A stretch of DNA of 64,000 nt. Origin: a virus. Its lineage: Duplodnaviria; Caudoviricetes. A program made the position numbers and the translations under genes. Positions within the stretch are counted from its first letter, which is position 1. Each line of letters begins with the position of its first letter. This document shows, one piece after another, positions 8,187 through 17,813 of the stretch. Below the pieces are notes generated by a model. It searched no databases and was not told the origin of the DNA. It saw nothing but the letters and a program-made list of their open reading frames with translations. Location of the stretch: the IMG/VR virus record IMGVR_UViG_3300037400_002732, positions 1 through 64,000 of that record, one strand, 5' to 3'.

Positions 8187-9259
8187 ATTCCATGATTCCG
8201 TTTATGATTTCTGAATGAGGCAATATAGTCTTTGCCGTACGTTTTGGCAACATAATTTTCATATTCAGAACAATCAACAATGATTTTAACTTGATTCTGA
8301 ATCATGCACTGATGTTTTGCCTCATATAATCCGTCTAATCGGTGATTGTATGGGTTAATCATCTGCTTATTTGAGTCTTTGTCCTTGAAGAACTGTCGTC
8401 CCTTCAACTCAATAAGTTGACCATCGACACAGAAATCAGGATTATACCAATGAGTCTTACCGTCATATTCATACGTGAACCGAATGTCTGGCTGGTATTC
8501 AAAGGTAATCTTATGATCGGTTAGCCAGATAAGATACGCCACCTCATAAGAGCTATCAAAGTTCATGCCATTGTATGTGTATTTGTGATGTGCTTTGTCA
8601 CTGACTTGTTTACACTGCATAGGAGTAGATACGCCATAACGCTGTAAAGAAGTTTCTTGAGCTTGCTCACGATTGTTATACGTATGGGTTCCATACCGTT
8701 GAATCTTAGTCTCGTTAGACTTTTGGCCAATGTATTCATAATACGCTTCCACGGAACCATACTTGTCAATCAATGTTTCAAAGCACTTATCGCGATTATT
8801 GTATGTAGCAGAACCATGTCGGCGTAATCTAGTTTCAGAGCACTTTTGACGAAAGTCAACCATGTGCGACGGATGTTCAACACCATAGCGAGCCTTCATA
8901 GTCGCCTCACGAGCGTCCTTAGTAAGCTTACACATTTCAGATGCGCTACCATACTTCTCCGCAATAGCTTGATTGCATTTCGTTTGGCGTACTTCTAAAT
9001 AGTTATCACCATACCGTTCCTTCATGGTCTTATCATAATTCATTGCATAAGATTCGGTTTTATGTGCCTTACTTAACGCGCATTTATGGCACACAAAAGG
9101 ATATGAAATTTTATCCAAATTCTTTACTGACAATGAACCGCATTCAGAGCATACAAAGCTAAATTTCGCTCGTCTATATGCCGTACGTGGTTTCAACTCG
9201 TTAGCTTGGTTTAAATCATCAGCTGACGAAAGATGTGCGCATATATTTGTTTTATCCAT
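8168..9259 (-). CDS. Free-standing putative homing endonuclease: Zn-ribbon, (K/R)YG repeats and C-terminal PD-(D/E)XK nuclease
   Basis: CSEC..CHKC; about 7 repeats like TMKARYGVEHP; FDSSYE..YNPDF..LIELKG; start placed at MDKTN just after the structured leader. Confidence 0.75.
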   Translation of the reverse strand: MDKTNICAHLSSADDLNQANELKPRTAYRRAKFSFVCSECGSLSVKNLDKISYPFVCHKCALSKAHKTESYAMNYDKTMKERYGDNYLEVRQTKCNQAIAEKYGSASEMCKLTKDAREATMKARYGVEHPSHMVDFRQKCSETRLRRHGSATYNNRDKCFETLIDKYGSVEAYYEYIGQKSNETKIQRYGTHTYNNREQAQETSLQRYGVSTPMQCKQVSDKAHHKYTYNGMNFDSSYEVAYLIWLTDHKITFEYQPDIRFTYEYDGKTHWYNPDFCVDGQLIELKGRQFFKDKDSNKQMINPYNHRLDGLYEAKHQCMIQNQVKIIVDCSEYENYVAKTYGKDYIASFRNHKRNHGICITEK

Positions 9260-9264
9260 AAGAA

Positions 9265-9374
9265 ATGACCCGTAGCGGACTAATTTGGCGTTCATTCCAC
9301 TACGGGCCATGTAATAAACATCACCACAGTACATTGAAGAACGCCAATTATCCAATGTTCTGCTTTAAGTTTAT
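9265..9374 (-). ncRNA. Kissing-loop 5' leader A with ATAAACT promoter
   Basis: P1 9327-9362 and P2 9265-9310; loops UUGGCGUUC / GAACGCCAA are complementary. Confidence 0.7.
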
Positions 9375-9381
9375 ATGATCG

Positions 9382-11886
9382 CTAAATATTGTGGCGATCT
9401 TTCAATTCGGCGAGCTTGCCATCGCCCCAAGCACGTAAAATTGACTTGCGTGGCGCACCAGTCAAATATCCAGTAATGCGACGTACGCGGACGAATTTAT
9501 TTTCATCAGTGCAATGGCATTTCGGACATTCATTGTCGATTATTCCGTGGAACCCACATTCCAAACAGTCGTCTGAATCCATGGTCACCGTGAAGTAACC
9601 CAGATCACCATCATACATGGTATCAATGACCGCCTTAACCGCGTCCACATTCTTACTCAAATCTCCATTCATCTTATAATAGAAGATGTGTCCAGCATTC
9701 GACAACGCATGGAATGGAGCTTCAGTCTTGATCTTGTTTTCAAGCGTCGTATCCAACGAAAAATCCATCATGTGGGAATTTGTATAATACCCCTTACCAA
9801 AGATACGATACAAGTCTACATCAGCGAGTTTCTTTTCGTTCTGGAACTTATGCTTGTCAATATTCGCGAATCGACCAGCAACCGCTTCTGCCGGAGTAGC
9901 AAAGCAAGACCAGTTCAGATGAGTTTCCTTCTGACATTCGTCACAGAAGTCGCGAATATGCTTTACAATAGACACAGCAAGGTCATGAACATCAGCATCG
10001 ACGCCGTAAGTCTTGCTAGTAAGCAATGTAATAGTTTCGGCGATACCAATGTAGCCGATACTTAGTGTAGACTGCTTCATTACTTCACCAATCTTGTCAG
10101 TAATCGCATGAGGCTTGTCGTCGGACGTCAAATACAGTCCTTGTTGCATCGTAAACGGATACTTTTCATAGGTCTTTTCAGCAATCAGCTTGAAACGGTC
10201 AATCAAGCTACCCTTCGCATCTTCGAGCATGACGTCAAGCTTTTCGAAGAACAGTTTCACACGAGCGTCTTGCGTAGATTCCTCGATATGCGCTTCAATG
10301 GCAAGACGTGGTAAATTAATCGTATGGAACGCCAAGTTGCCACGTCCAGTAGTCTGCTGGGTGCCATTAACGTTGCCAATAACACGGGTACGACAGCCCA
10401 TTGTACTAATAGTCGTATTTTCGATAAGCTTGCGCAGTTGCAGCTGTTTACCATCATAGCTGACTACTTCCCAGAAATCGGTCGGTGTCACTTGGTATTC
10501 ATATACAGTGTATTGAGTTTTGTCAATACGGTCAAGAGCTACCGTATCATTCGTTCCGCGAACCTTGAATACAATCGTTCCAGAAGCATCAATCGTCTTC
10601 ACGTTATACTTGACGTAAGGCAGATTAAACTTCGAATCTACCTTTACAAAGTTCGGATAAAATCGACGTGCAAGACAATGGATTGCGTCGATATACAAGT
10701 CAAAGTTAGGATCGGTTTCGAGCTTAGTGTAACCCTTCATAAGCTTGAAAATCAATATCGGGAAAATCGCCGTAAGTCCATCACCCATACCTTCGTACTG
10801 GGCTCTTATCAAATTCTTGCTAGCCATACGACCGCAGTTAGACGTATCGAGGCCGAAATTTAGTGACGAGAACGGAACTTGGTTACCTGATCGAGACTGT
10901 AACGAGTTAAGATTATGTACAAGAGCTTCCATCGCTTGGTGCGTATCGTCATCAGTAGTATCAATAGCTTCATCAACACAGTCTTGTGGGAACATTGCAT
11001 ACAACGAAGCCACCGGAAGATTCATTGAAACACCTCGGTCTCTTAGTAATTCGATCAAGCGTTTCTTGACTGTCTTGAAACGTCCAGTAAATTCGCTGTA
11101 CTGTGGATCGCCAGTTTTCTTAGCGTAGCTATTAAGTTCCTTGGCCAGATTCTTTAGAAATGAACGATCCACGAAAGGAGCCATTTCAAAATCGAAATTG
11201 TCGCAAGCAATGCCACCAAACTGCTGATTCGACTGCAACTGAAGAATGACGGCAGTCAACGCGGTCGCCGATTGTATTGACTGGGCCGGACGCTGAAAGC
11301 CAGTACCAGAGTCAAAGCCACTCTTTAGCAACTTTCCTACCGGAGCAAACAAACAGTTAAATGTAAGATCGTACTGGTTCAAGTCATGGATATGCATGTA
11401 ACCGTTTGTGTGTTCTTCCGCATACTTACGGTTGACAACATCCAACAAGTTAAACATCTTGTTGACTTCGCTGGCAATCTTACCATACATGCCAGCCGGA
11501 GTTCCGCCAGATTCATTGGCATTGTCTCGAAGAATGTTAGAACTCGGCAAGTCAGCTTGCTTAATCTCGCGAATAATACGCATCACTTCGGACTTGATCA
11601 TTCTGATGCGGGTACGTTCACGACGGTATTCCTCGAATGCGACAGCAGTGTCCACGTACTGGTTATCCTTCAATACCGCATAGATGGTATCTTGGATAGT
11701 TTCGACCGGAACGGTCTTCTTGCCTAGTAATTCCAAGCTTGCAATTACCTTGGCCACCAAGTCATCCAGCGTTTCATCACAATACTGCTCGTGGGATTCC
11801 TTGAACGCCGCCTCGATGGCGTCGTAAATATGTTTTGGTTCAAACTTACGCTTTCGCGTATCACGTTTCTCAACTTTAAGAATCAT
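9382..11886 (-). CDS. nrdD: Anaerobic (class III) ribonucleoside-triphosphate reductase
   Basis: N-terminal ATP cone, HIHDL, QVPFSSLNFG, MGCRT, YYTNS, CLECG..CPKC, RRITGYL glycyl-radical motif. Confidence 0.97.
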   Translation of the reverse strand: MILKVEKRDTRKRKFEPKHIYDAIEAAFKESHEQYCDETLDDLVAKVIASLELLGKKTVPVETIQDTIYAVLKDNQYVDTAVAFEEYRRERTRIRMIKSEVMRIIREIKQADLPSSNILRDNANESGGTPAGMYGKIASEVNKMFNLLDVVNRKYAEEHTNGYMHIHDLNQYDLTFNCLFAPVGKLLKSGFDSGTGFQRPAQSIQSATALTAVILQLQSNQQFGGIACDNFDFEMAPFVDRSFLKNLAKELNSYAKKTGDPQYSEFTGRFKTVKKRLIELLRDRGVSMNLPVASLYAMFPQDCVDEAIDTTDDDTHQAMEALVHNLNSLQSRSGNQVPFSSLNFGLDTSNCGRMASKNLIRAQYEGMGDGLTAIFPILIFKLMKGYTKLETDPNFDLYIDAIHCLARRFYPNFVKVDSKFNLPYVKYNVKTIDASGTIVFKVRGTNDTVALDRIDKTQYTVYEYQVTPTDFWEVVSYDGKQLQLRKLIENTTISTMGCRTRVIGNVNGTQQTTGRGNLAFHTINLPRLAIEAHIEESTQDARVKLFFEKLDVMLEDAKGSLIDRFKLIAEKTYEKYPFTMQQGLYLTSDDKPHAITDKIGEVMKQSTLSIGYIGIAETITLLTSKTYGVDADVHDLAVSIVKHIRDFCDECQKETHLNWSCFATPAEAVAGRFANIDKHKFQNEKKLADVDLYRIFGKGYYTNSHMMDFSLDTTLENKIKTEAPFHALSNAGHIFYYKMNGDLSKNVDAVKAVIDTMYDGDLGYFTVTMDSDDCLECGFHGIIDNECPKCHCTDENKFVRVRRITGYLTGAPRKSILRAWGDGKLAELKDRHNI

Positions 11887-12014
11887 ACATTCCTCAAGAG
11901 TGTTTAAACATTTCCTCTAACCGCCCATCGCGGTATGGATAAGAAATTAGTTCGTTCGGTAGTCGTTCGTTTATCGGTTTCGGCTCCCAACTTTTCTGGC
12001 CAAAAAACAACAAT

Positions 12015-12062
12015 ATACCATATATTGTTGATAAGGTGTTGACATCTTCCAATATATGGTAT
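12015..12062. promoter_or_regulatory. Tandem NrdR-box-like operators upstream of nrdD
   Basis: ATACCATATATTGTTG (12015-12030) and TTCCAATATATGGTAT (12047-12062), 32 bp apart, resembling acaCwAtATaTwGtgt. Confidence 0.65.
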
Positions 12063-12101
12063 AAGTTGGCGAAATTGAGCGAATTTCGCTAATGTTATTT
12101 T

Positions 12102-13670
12102 TTATTTACTTTTGCCAGCGTGTTCTGCAGCCACGATATGACCGTCGGCACGAGCCACCATGGAAGCATTCTTGATGCTCTCGATGCGCTTGTTGACCGC
12201 CGTCTTGAAGTCGTCGATCGTGTAGCCTTCCTTGTACAAGTCCACCAAGTCGCTGATAATGCCAGCGATGTGCGCATGCGTGAAGGTCGATTTAATCATC
12301 ACGTTAACGGTCTTCTTGAACTCTTCGTTGGTTTCCGACATCCATTCGGGCTTCTCGGCACCGATGCACTTGTAACGCTGAGTGATAACGTCGATGACAC
12401 GTTCGAACGAGTCCGGATTCTTGACGAGGATAACTTCGTCGATACGACCGTTTCTCGTCTTGATAGTCGAGTTGATCTTCTGCGGGTCGTTGATGGTCAT
12501 GATGATAATGCCAGAGAACTTGCTAGAGTTCGTCTCGTCGATGCACGTAATGAACGTGGTCGTCAAGGTGTCCTTCTTACTGAAGTCGTTGCCGTCGATA
12601 TCATCGAACACAAAGATACTGCCAGGGAACATGTTCAAGATACGGAACACGCTGCGGATCTTTCCAGTATCGTTGAGCGAGTCTGCAGAAATCCAGAACA
12701 CCGGAACGTCAGTAAACTGCATCATCAACTTGTGAATAGACACGGTCTTACCGGTGCCTGGGTCACCTTGGATAATGTAGCCGCGACGACGCTTCGACTT
12801 AAGAACTGCGCGGCATGTGCGCTGGATGTCGTCGAGGTCGATGTTATGAATATCGAAGTTGATATTCTTACGAGGCTCAGTATGGAAGTGGCCACCGTCA
12901 ATCTTGATCAAGTTGGACTTGATGTCGATGGACGAAATGTAGTTGGCGTAGATGATGTGGACAACGTCGTCGAGAACATCAGTAGTTTCTTCGCCGTCGG
13001 AAGTGTCTTGCAGCCCAAACAAGTCGGCATTGTACACGCCGAGATTGATGTAGCTATATCCAGCTTCTTGGCTGACGTTGTTTTCCTTATTCTTCTGGTT
13101 GAAGTAATTGACTTCGATGCCTACGTTCACCTTGCGATACTTGGCAAGGAGGTAGACCGTAATCATAGAGCCACTGGAAGCTCCGCCAGCGTTAGGCGGC
13201 GTATGCGTCTTGATAATCTGGAGGCCGTACTTTTTCTGCATTTCCGGCTTCATTTCGATCAGTGCGCGGCAGATGTCGCATGTCGAGTCCATCTGTTCCG
13301 TGTGGATAGCTTGTCCGTTCTTGTAACCCATGAACTTCGCGAGCTCGTCGTAGTCTGTATGCACTTCATACTTCTGCGATACGAACAAGTTGTTAGCAAT
13401 CATGCTTGCCTTACCAAGATTCAATGCGGTTTCAGCAAGCTCCGCGTAATCCTTAAGGGGGCCCTTGGCGTTTTCCTTGACAACCTCGATCACGCTTTGC
13501 GCAAGGTTAGAGCCAACATTGATCAATTTCTTTCCAGTGTCTCCGGAAAGCTTATTCTTGAGATACCTAAGCTTTTCCTTGCCGTTCTTTCCTACCCAAA
13601 GGTCACTGTCAATTTCGATATTGAGAAGCATGCTTCCCAAATCGTCGAGTAAATTAGAACCGATTCCCAT
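12102..13670 (-). CDS. AAA+ ATPase with an uncharacterised N-terminal domain
   Basis: Walker A GDPGTGKT, Walker B FVFDDID, MTIN sensor, RNGRID Arg finger. Confidence 0.85.
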   Translation of the reverse strand: MGIGSNLLDDLGSMLLNIEIDSDLWVGKNGKEKLRYLKNKLSGDTGKKLINVGSNLAQSVIEVVKENAKGPLKDYAELAETALNLGKASMIANNLFVSQKYEVHTDYDELAKFMGYKNGQAIHTEQMDSTCDICRALIEMKPEMQKKYGLQIIKTHTPPNAGGASSGSMITVYLLAKYRKVNVGIEVNYFNQKNKENNVSQEAGYSYINLGVYNADLFGLQDTSDGEETTDVLDDVVHIIYANYISSIDIKSNLIKIDGGHFHTEPRKNINFDIHNIDLDDIQRTCRAVLKSKRRRGYIIQGDPGTGKTVSIHKLMMQFTDVPVFWISADSLNDTGKIRSVFRILNMFPGSIFVFDDIDGNDFSKKDTLTTTFITCIDETNSSKFSGIIIMTINDPQKINSTIKTRNGRIDEVILVKNPDSFERVIDVITQRYKCIGAEKPEWMSETNEEFKKTVNVMIKSTFTHAHIAGIISDLVDLYKEGYTIDDFKTAVNKRIESIKNASMVARADGHIVAAEHAGKSK

Positions 13671-13933
13671 TAGTTCTCCTTTATGCTAGTTCCCGGAAGC
13701 GCCGGAAAGCGCCATGACACGATGTCGTAAACATCGTAGTGAATGCAAAAGTCCTTGTTTTTCGGGTCGTAATCAAATAAGTCATTTTCCTCATCATATA
13801 CAAGATCAACCTTCTTTATTGTTCCATCGAACATCTTGAATTCAACAGGAACTCTCCACGACTTGTCCCATTCAAGCTCATGGTCAAATGGGCCGCATTC
13901 CTTAAAATCCGAATGCCATTCGGTATCAATCAT
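13670..13933 (-). CDS. Hypothetical protein
   Basis: GGAGG SD before MIDTEW; stop overlaps the AAA start. Confidence 0.65.
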   Translation of the reverse strand: MIDTEWHSDFKECGPFDHELEWDKSWRVPVEFKMFDGTIKKVDLVYDEENDLFDYDPKNKDFCIHYDVYDIVSWRFPALPGTSIKEN

Positions 13934-14026
13934 GTTATTCCTCCGTATCCAGGTGACTTTCAGCCCATTCGGTACCACACAGGATGTCAATGGCATAATA
14001 CATGCCCATATTACATCCTTTTTTCA

Positions 14027-14200
14027 TTACTGCTCACCCGGCATGTTGTCTTCTGAAGGTATGCCATCGTCGAACGACACCGTCACCGAAGATTTTGATC
14101 CGCCGTATTTCCATGTGCGGATGAAGATTCTGAGCAAATTAACCGCGAAGGCTGAGAAGAGCACTATTTTCAGCCACTTAATGACATTTTTGTGAGACAT
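14027..14200 (-). CDS. Small membrane protein (57 aa, below the ORF-track cutoff)
   Basis: MSHKNVIKWLKIVLFSAFAVNLLRIFIRTWKYGG...; follows the promoter at 14254-14282. Confidence 0.5.
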   Translation of the reverse strand: MSHKNVIKWLKIVLFSAFAVNLLRIFIRTWKYGGSKSSVTVSFDDGIPSEDNMPGEQ

Positions 14201-14253
14201 CGTATTACAACCCTTATCAGATGTGTTACACTCTTAAATTTTTATTACAATCC

Positions 14254-14282
14254 AATATAGCAATTCAGCGCAAATACGGCAA
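14254..14282 (-). promoter_or_regulatory. Sigma70-type promoter
   Basis: TTGCCG-N17-TATATT. Confidence 0.65.
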
Positions 14283-15011
14283 TAATCTTGCATTCATTTC
14301 AGATATGCGGGCCGGACGGAACGAATCATCGCCAGTAAACGACACCAATTTGCCAGTAGAAACCCCAAGAGAATGTATCATTCCCCTATGGCCGCCCAGA
14401 TGGACTATGTGTTCGGCAGCACCCATATACTCGCGAAGCAAGCACAGTGGGGCTCTCAAATAGACGCAGACCTTGTCGGCGACCTCGTGTACGCGGCATA
14501 TCAGTTCCTTGATGGACGGTTCCGCATCAACGTCATATCTATATGACGGACAGAAGCAAGCAATCCTTACGGCCTTGCTGCCAAACGCCTTGATACGGTC
14601 GATTACCCAGTCGAACTCGAATTTCATGGTCGATTCGAATTCACCTACTATTACGGTAGGGAATTTCTCGTCCCTAGCCGCCATACGGATAGGGTCTACT
14701 GGATAAGATTCGATACTCGAAGACTTGGGTACGTCTGGATGCTTGAAATAGCCGAGGAATATGGCCCTATCGTACGGCTTGTCGAGATATTTCGAGTAAT
14801 TATCGAACCAGTCGTGGAAAATGAATACGTTTTTCTTACCGTTTGCATACCTTACAAGGCCGTCGCCAAACTGGGACACCGACAATTCGGCGGATATTCC
14901 CGGTGCAGCGAACTTGACCTCGTGACCAATCGAGCGGGCCACGGAGCAAGCAAGGCTGTCAAACTTGGATTCACCCTCGAAAGTCCCCAAGTCTCTAGGA
15001 AACACTATCAT
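14265..15011 (-). CDS. Hypothetical protein, possibly glycosyltransferase-related
   Basis: 248-aa ORF coupled by an ATGA overlap to the GT2 gene. Confidence 0.6.
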   Translation of the reverse strand: MIVFPRDLGTFEGESKFDSLACSVARSIGHEVKFAAPGISAELSVSQFGDGLVRYANGKKNVFIFHDWFDNYSKYLDKPYDRAIFLGYFKHPDVPKSSSIESYPVDPIRMAARDEKFPTVIVGEFESTMKFEFDWVIDRIKAFGSKAVRIACFCPSYRYDVDAEPSIKELICRVHEVADKVCVYLRAPLCLLREYMGAAEHIVHLGGHRGMIHSLGVSTGKLVSFTGDDSFRPARISEMNARLLPYLR

Positions 15012-16066
15012 TTTGCCTCTATTTCGGCGAGTCGTTTCGCCTTTTCGACAAAAGCGTCAATCTCCGCTTTCTGATCTGGAGACAAATCTGGAATGGAATA
15101 AAACACTTCGTTGACGAAAGTTGGAATGTAGGCTGGCCCATCTTCCAGCAGAACGGCGTCGAGTATCTTGGTGAAGCTCATTTCGGTTTCGTAGTCCAAG
15201 TCATAGATCGTCGTGTCGATAGTCAGCATGGTCTGCTTAGTACAAGCCCAGCTTAGGCGAACATTTAGTCTACGCTGCTTCTCGTACTTTTCCATTAGTG
15301 ACGACAGTGTCACCTTTCCGGCGATATAACTTTCCAGATCGTCAGCCGTCATGCGACGAATGCATGCGCACAGCTTGCGGTTGGTAGTATAGACGCTAGA
15401 TTTCTGGTATGCCTCTGTATTCACTTGAGGATGGAACAAGTGATACACATGTCCTTCGGTGCGCTTGAGAACGCCGACGAGTCGCTTTATCTTGTATGTA
15501 AACGCATCGTCCTCTGCGCCCCACTCATAGAACTCTTCATCAAACCCATTGACTCGTTCCCAAGTGGATTTCAAGTACATGTTGCACAATCCGGTCTGTC
15601 TCTGGATATGTACACCGTGGAAACAGAACTCGGAATTGATCTGGATTCCACCTAGAAATGAGCGAGTCTGCCCTTCACTGAGATAGTCAACCTCATTGAA
15701 CGGATATACGATTCCGACTTCCGGCGTCTTTAGTAATTCGAGACCAGCTTCGATAGACTTTGCAGCAACGTCGTCGATGTATGCGTCGGCATCCATCATA
15801 ACTATAGTGTCCGTCGTCGCGGATGCTATTGCCATGTTGAGCAATTTAGTCTTGTGGAAACGGCTTCCTTCGGCCACTTCGATACGTCTTACACGCTCAT
15901 TGTAATTGTTTAATTTATCCGAAATAGACGACGAACCTTGTTCCGCGATAATGATTTCCGCGTCAGAAAACAAGGATAGACAACGGTCTAGAACCGCATA
16001 TAAATTGCGTCTACGGAACGAATTCTTGCCATCCATATAGGCAATAATTATCGAAAAATTCGGCAT
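15008..16066 (-). CDS. Glycosyltransferase (GT-A fold, GT2/GT7-like)
   Basis: FSIIIAY, DAD metal motif, GFDEEFYEWGAEDD, HLFH. Confidence 0.9.
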   Translation of the reverse strand: MPNFSIIIAYMDGKNSFRRRNLYAVLDRCLSLFSDAEIIIAEQGSSSISDKLNNYNERVRRIEVAEGSRFHKTKLLNMAIASATTDTIVMMDADAYIDDVAAKSIEAGLELLKTPEVGIVYPFNEVDYLSEGQTRSFLGGIQINSEFCFHGVHIQRQTGLCNMYLKSTWERVNGFDEEFYEWGAEDDAFTYKIKRLVGVLKRTEGHVYHLFHPQVNTEAYQKSSVYTTNRKLCACIRRMTADDLESYIAGKVTLSSLMEKYEKQRRLNVRLSWACTKQTMLTIDTTIYDLDYETEMSFTKILDAVLLEDGPAYIPTFVNEVFYSIPDLSPDQKAEIDAFVEKAKRLAEIEAK

Positions 16067-16080
16067 TCGCGCCTCGATAG

Positions 16081-16087
16081 ATAAACT
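16081..16087 (+). promoter_or_regulatory. Phage late-promoter motif ATAAACT (representative copy)
   Basis: One of at least 20 copies found just upstream of genes. Confidence 0.75.
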
Positions 16088-16128
16088 GCAAAAAGAAATA
16101 TAACAAAAATAATTTCAAAAGGAGTAAA

Positions 16129-17787
16129 ATGCCGTTTAATGGAATTACAAACCTTCGCGACGCGAAGGAGACCGTCAAGCTTAAACCCGAACAGCTTGCG
16201 GAAATAAAAAAGTGCGCTCAAGACCCGTTGTACTTCATGAATAACTACATGTACATCAATACGAAGGACAACGGAATGCAGCTTTTCAAGACTTGGCCTT
16301 TCCAAGAGGCAGCTGTCAAGCGTTTTCTGAAGTACCGTTTTAACATCAACAAATGGAGCCGTCAGGTCGGTAAGTCAACCATCGTCCGTGGGTTCATATT
16401 GTGGTACGCAATGTTTCACGGTGATCAGCTCATTGCTATGCTTGCGAATAAGTTGGCGTTGGCCAAGGAACAGCTTCAACTTCTTCGTGACTCATACATC
16501 GCTCTTCCGTTCTGGTTGCAGCCCGGTGTAAAATTGTGGAACAAGATGAGCATCCAGTTCTCCAACAATACACGTATCATGGCCGCGCCGAGTACAGTGG
16601 ACGGTATTCGTGGTTTCTCGCCGAACCTATTGTACTTGGACGAATTCGCGTTCCTTCGTGCTGGCCTTGCCGAAGAGTTCTGGACATCTAACTTCCCGTC
16701 AATTTCTTCTGGTAAAAAGACCCGCGTCATCATCACTTCGACGCCAAACGGCATGAACCTATTCTACAATCTATGGGAAGGTGCTGTTGACGAAAATACT
16801 GCATCATTCCATGACTTGATGTCAAAATTCGTCAAGTCAACCGTGAAATGGAATGAAGTTCCTGGTCGTGATATTCAATGGGGTATTGACGAAATGGCCC
16901 GTATCGGCGAACAGCGTTTCCGCCAAGAATACGAGTGTGAATTTGTCGGTTCTGCAGTCACATTGATTGACTATAAGATGCTCCAGAAACTCAAGGCTAC
17001 TCCACCGCTTCCTATGGCATGCGTTCCGAACGGCTACCAGATGAGAATGTTCCAGAAGCCATTGCCTCTACAAAAGCTTGAGGTGAACGGATGGGTCTAT
17101 ATCGCGGCAATAGATACTGGTTACGGTATTCGTAAGGACTACCACGTTCTGCACATCCTACTGGCAAAGAGCAATATCGAGCTTGAAGAAGTATTCGTGA
17201 TGTCATCGAACGAGGTGACAATCGAAGACTTCTGTGCACGATCCTACATCGTTCTGTGCGGCTATCACCAGCCAGCACTGACCATCGAATATAACGGCCC
17301 AGGATCTCGTACTTACAGTATCATGTTCAACGACCTACAGTACGAACACTTGGTCAACTATGACAACAAGCTTCGCGGCATGTGGGCGACGGACGGTATC
17401 AAGCAATCCGCAGTCATGCTTCTGAAGCTCTATGTCGAACGCTACTACGTCAAACTCAAGGACGAGGCTACAATTCAAGAACTCATGTCGTTCACCACGA
17501 CAACGCCTAACGGACGTAAATGGGGCGCAACGGACGGCAACCATGACGACAACGTAACCTCATTGTACTGGTGTATCTACTATGCCGCATACCCGCAGTT
17601 CGAAGGAACCCAGAAGGAAATCAATTTCTTGCAAGGCATCGAGCTTGCGTTCACGGCAATCGGCGACATGGGCCAAGAGACCAACAAGGCGTTGGAATTC
17701 GTCAAGGACACCATCGCGCAGAAGGAACAAAATGCTCTGGGCCGCTTGATGCAACAGCAACAAGACGAAGCGGAAGTGATAAACTAG
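16129..17787 (+). CDS. terL: Terminase large subunit (T4 gp17-like)
   Basis: DPLYF, WPFQ, SRQVGKST Walker A, LYLDEFAF Walker B, TSTPNG, FRQEYECEF, nuclease IDTG..HDD. Confidence 0.95.
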   Translation: MPFNGITNLRDAKETVKLKPEQLAEIKKCAQDPLYFMNNYMYINTKDNGMQLFKTWPFQEAAVKRFLKYRFNINKWSRQVGKSTIVRGFILWYAMFHGDQLIAMLANKLALAKEQLQLLRDSYIALPFWLQPGVKLWNKMSIQFSNNTRIMAAPSTVDGIRGFSPNLLYLDEFAFLRAGLAEEFWTSNFPSISSGKKTRVIITSTPNGMNLFYNLWEGAVDENTASFHDLMSKFVKSTVKWNEVPGRDIQWGIDEMARIGEQRFRQEYECEFVGSAVTLIDYKMLQKLKATPPLPMACVPNGYQMRMFQKPLPLQKLEVNGWVYIAAIDTGYGIRKDYHVLHILLAKSNIELEEVFVMSSNEVTIEDFCARSYIVLCGYHQPALTIEYNGPGSRTYSIMFNDLQYEHLVNYDNKLRGMWATDGIKQSAVMLLKLYVERYYVKLKDEATIQELMSFTTTTPNGRKWGATDGNHDDNVTSLYWCIYYAAYPQFEGTQKEINFLQGIELAFTAIGDMGQETNKALEFVKDTIAQKEQNALGRLMQQQQDEAEVIN

Positions 17788-17813
17788 GTACAAAACACTT
17801 GGTATTAAAGCCT

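Noticed and set aside
8168-9380. Group I intron hosting the endonuclease in the nrd operon
   Set aside because: nrdD and nrdG are both complete and uninterrupted, and no intron core was recognised; the gene is free-standing
12120-13652. 510-aa plus-strand ORF, and similar long antisense ORFs such as 40422-41702, 49350-50525 and 48454-49269
   Set aside because: Antisense shadows of well-supported minus-strand genes, arising from codon bias; no motifs or start signals
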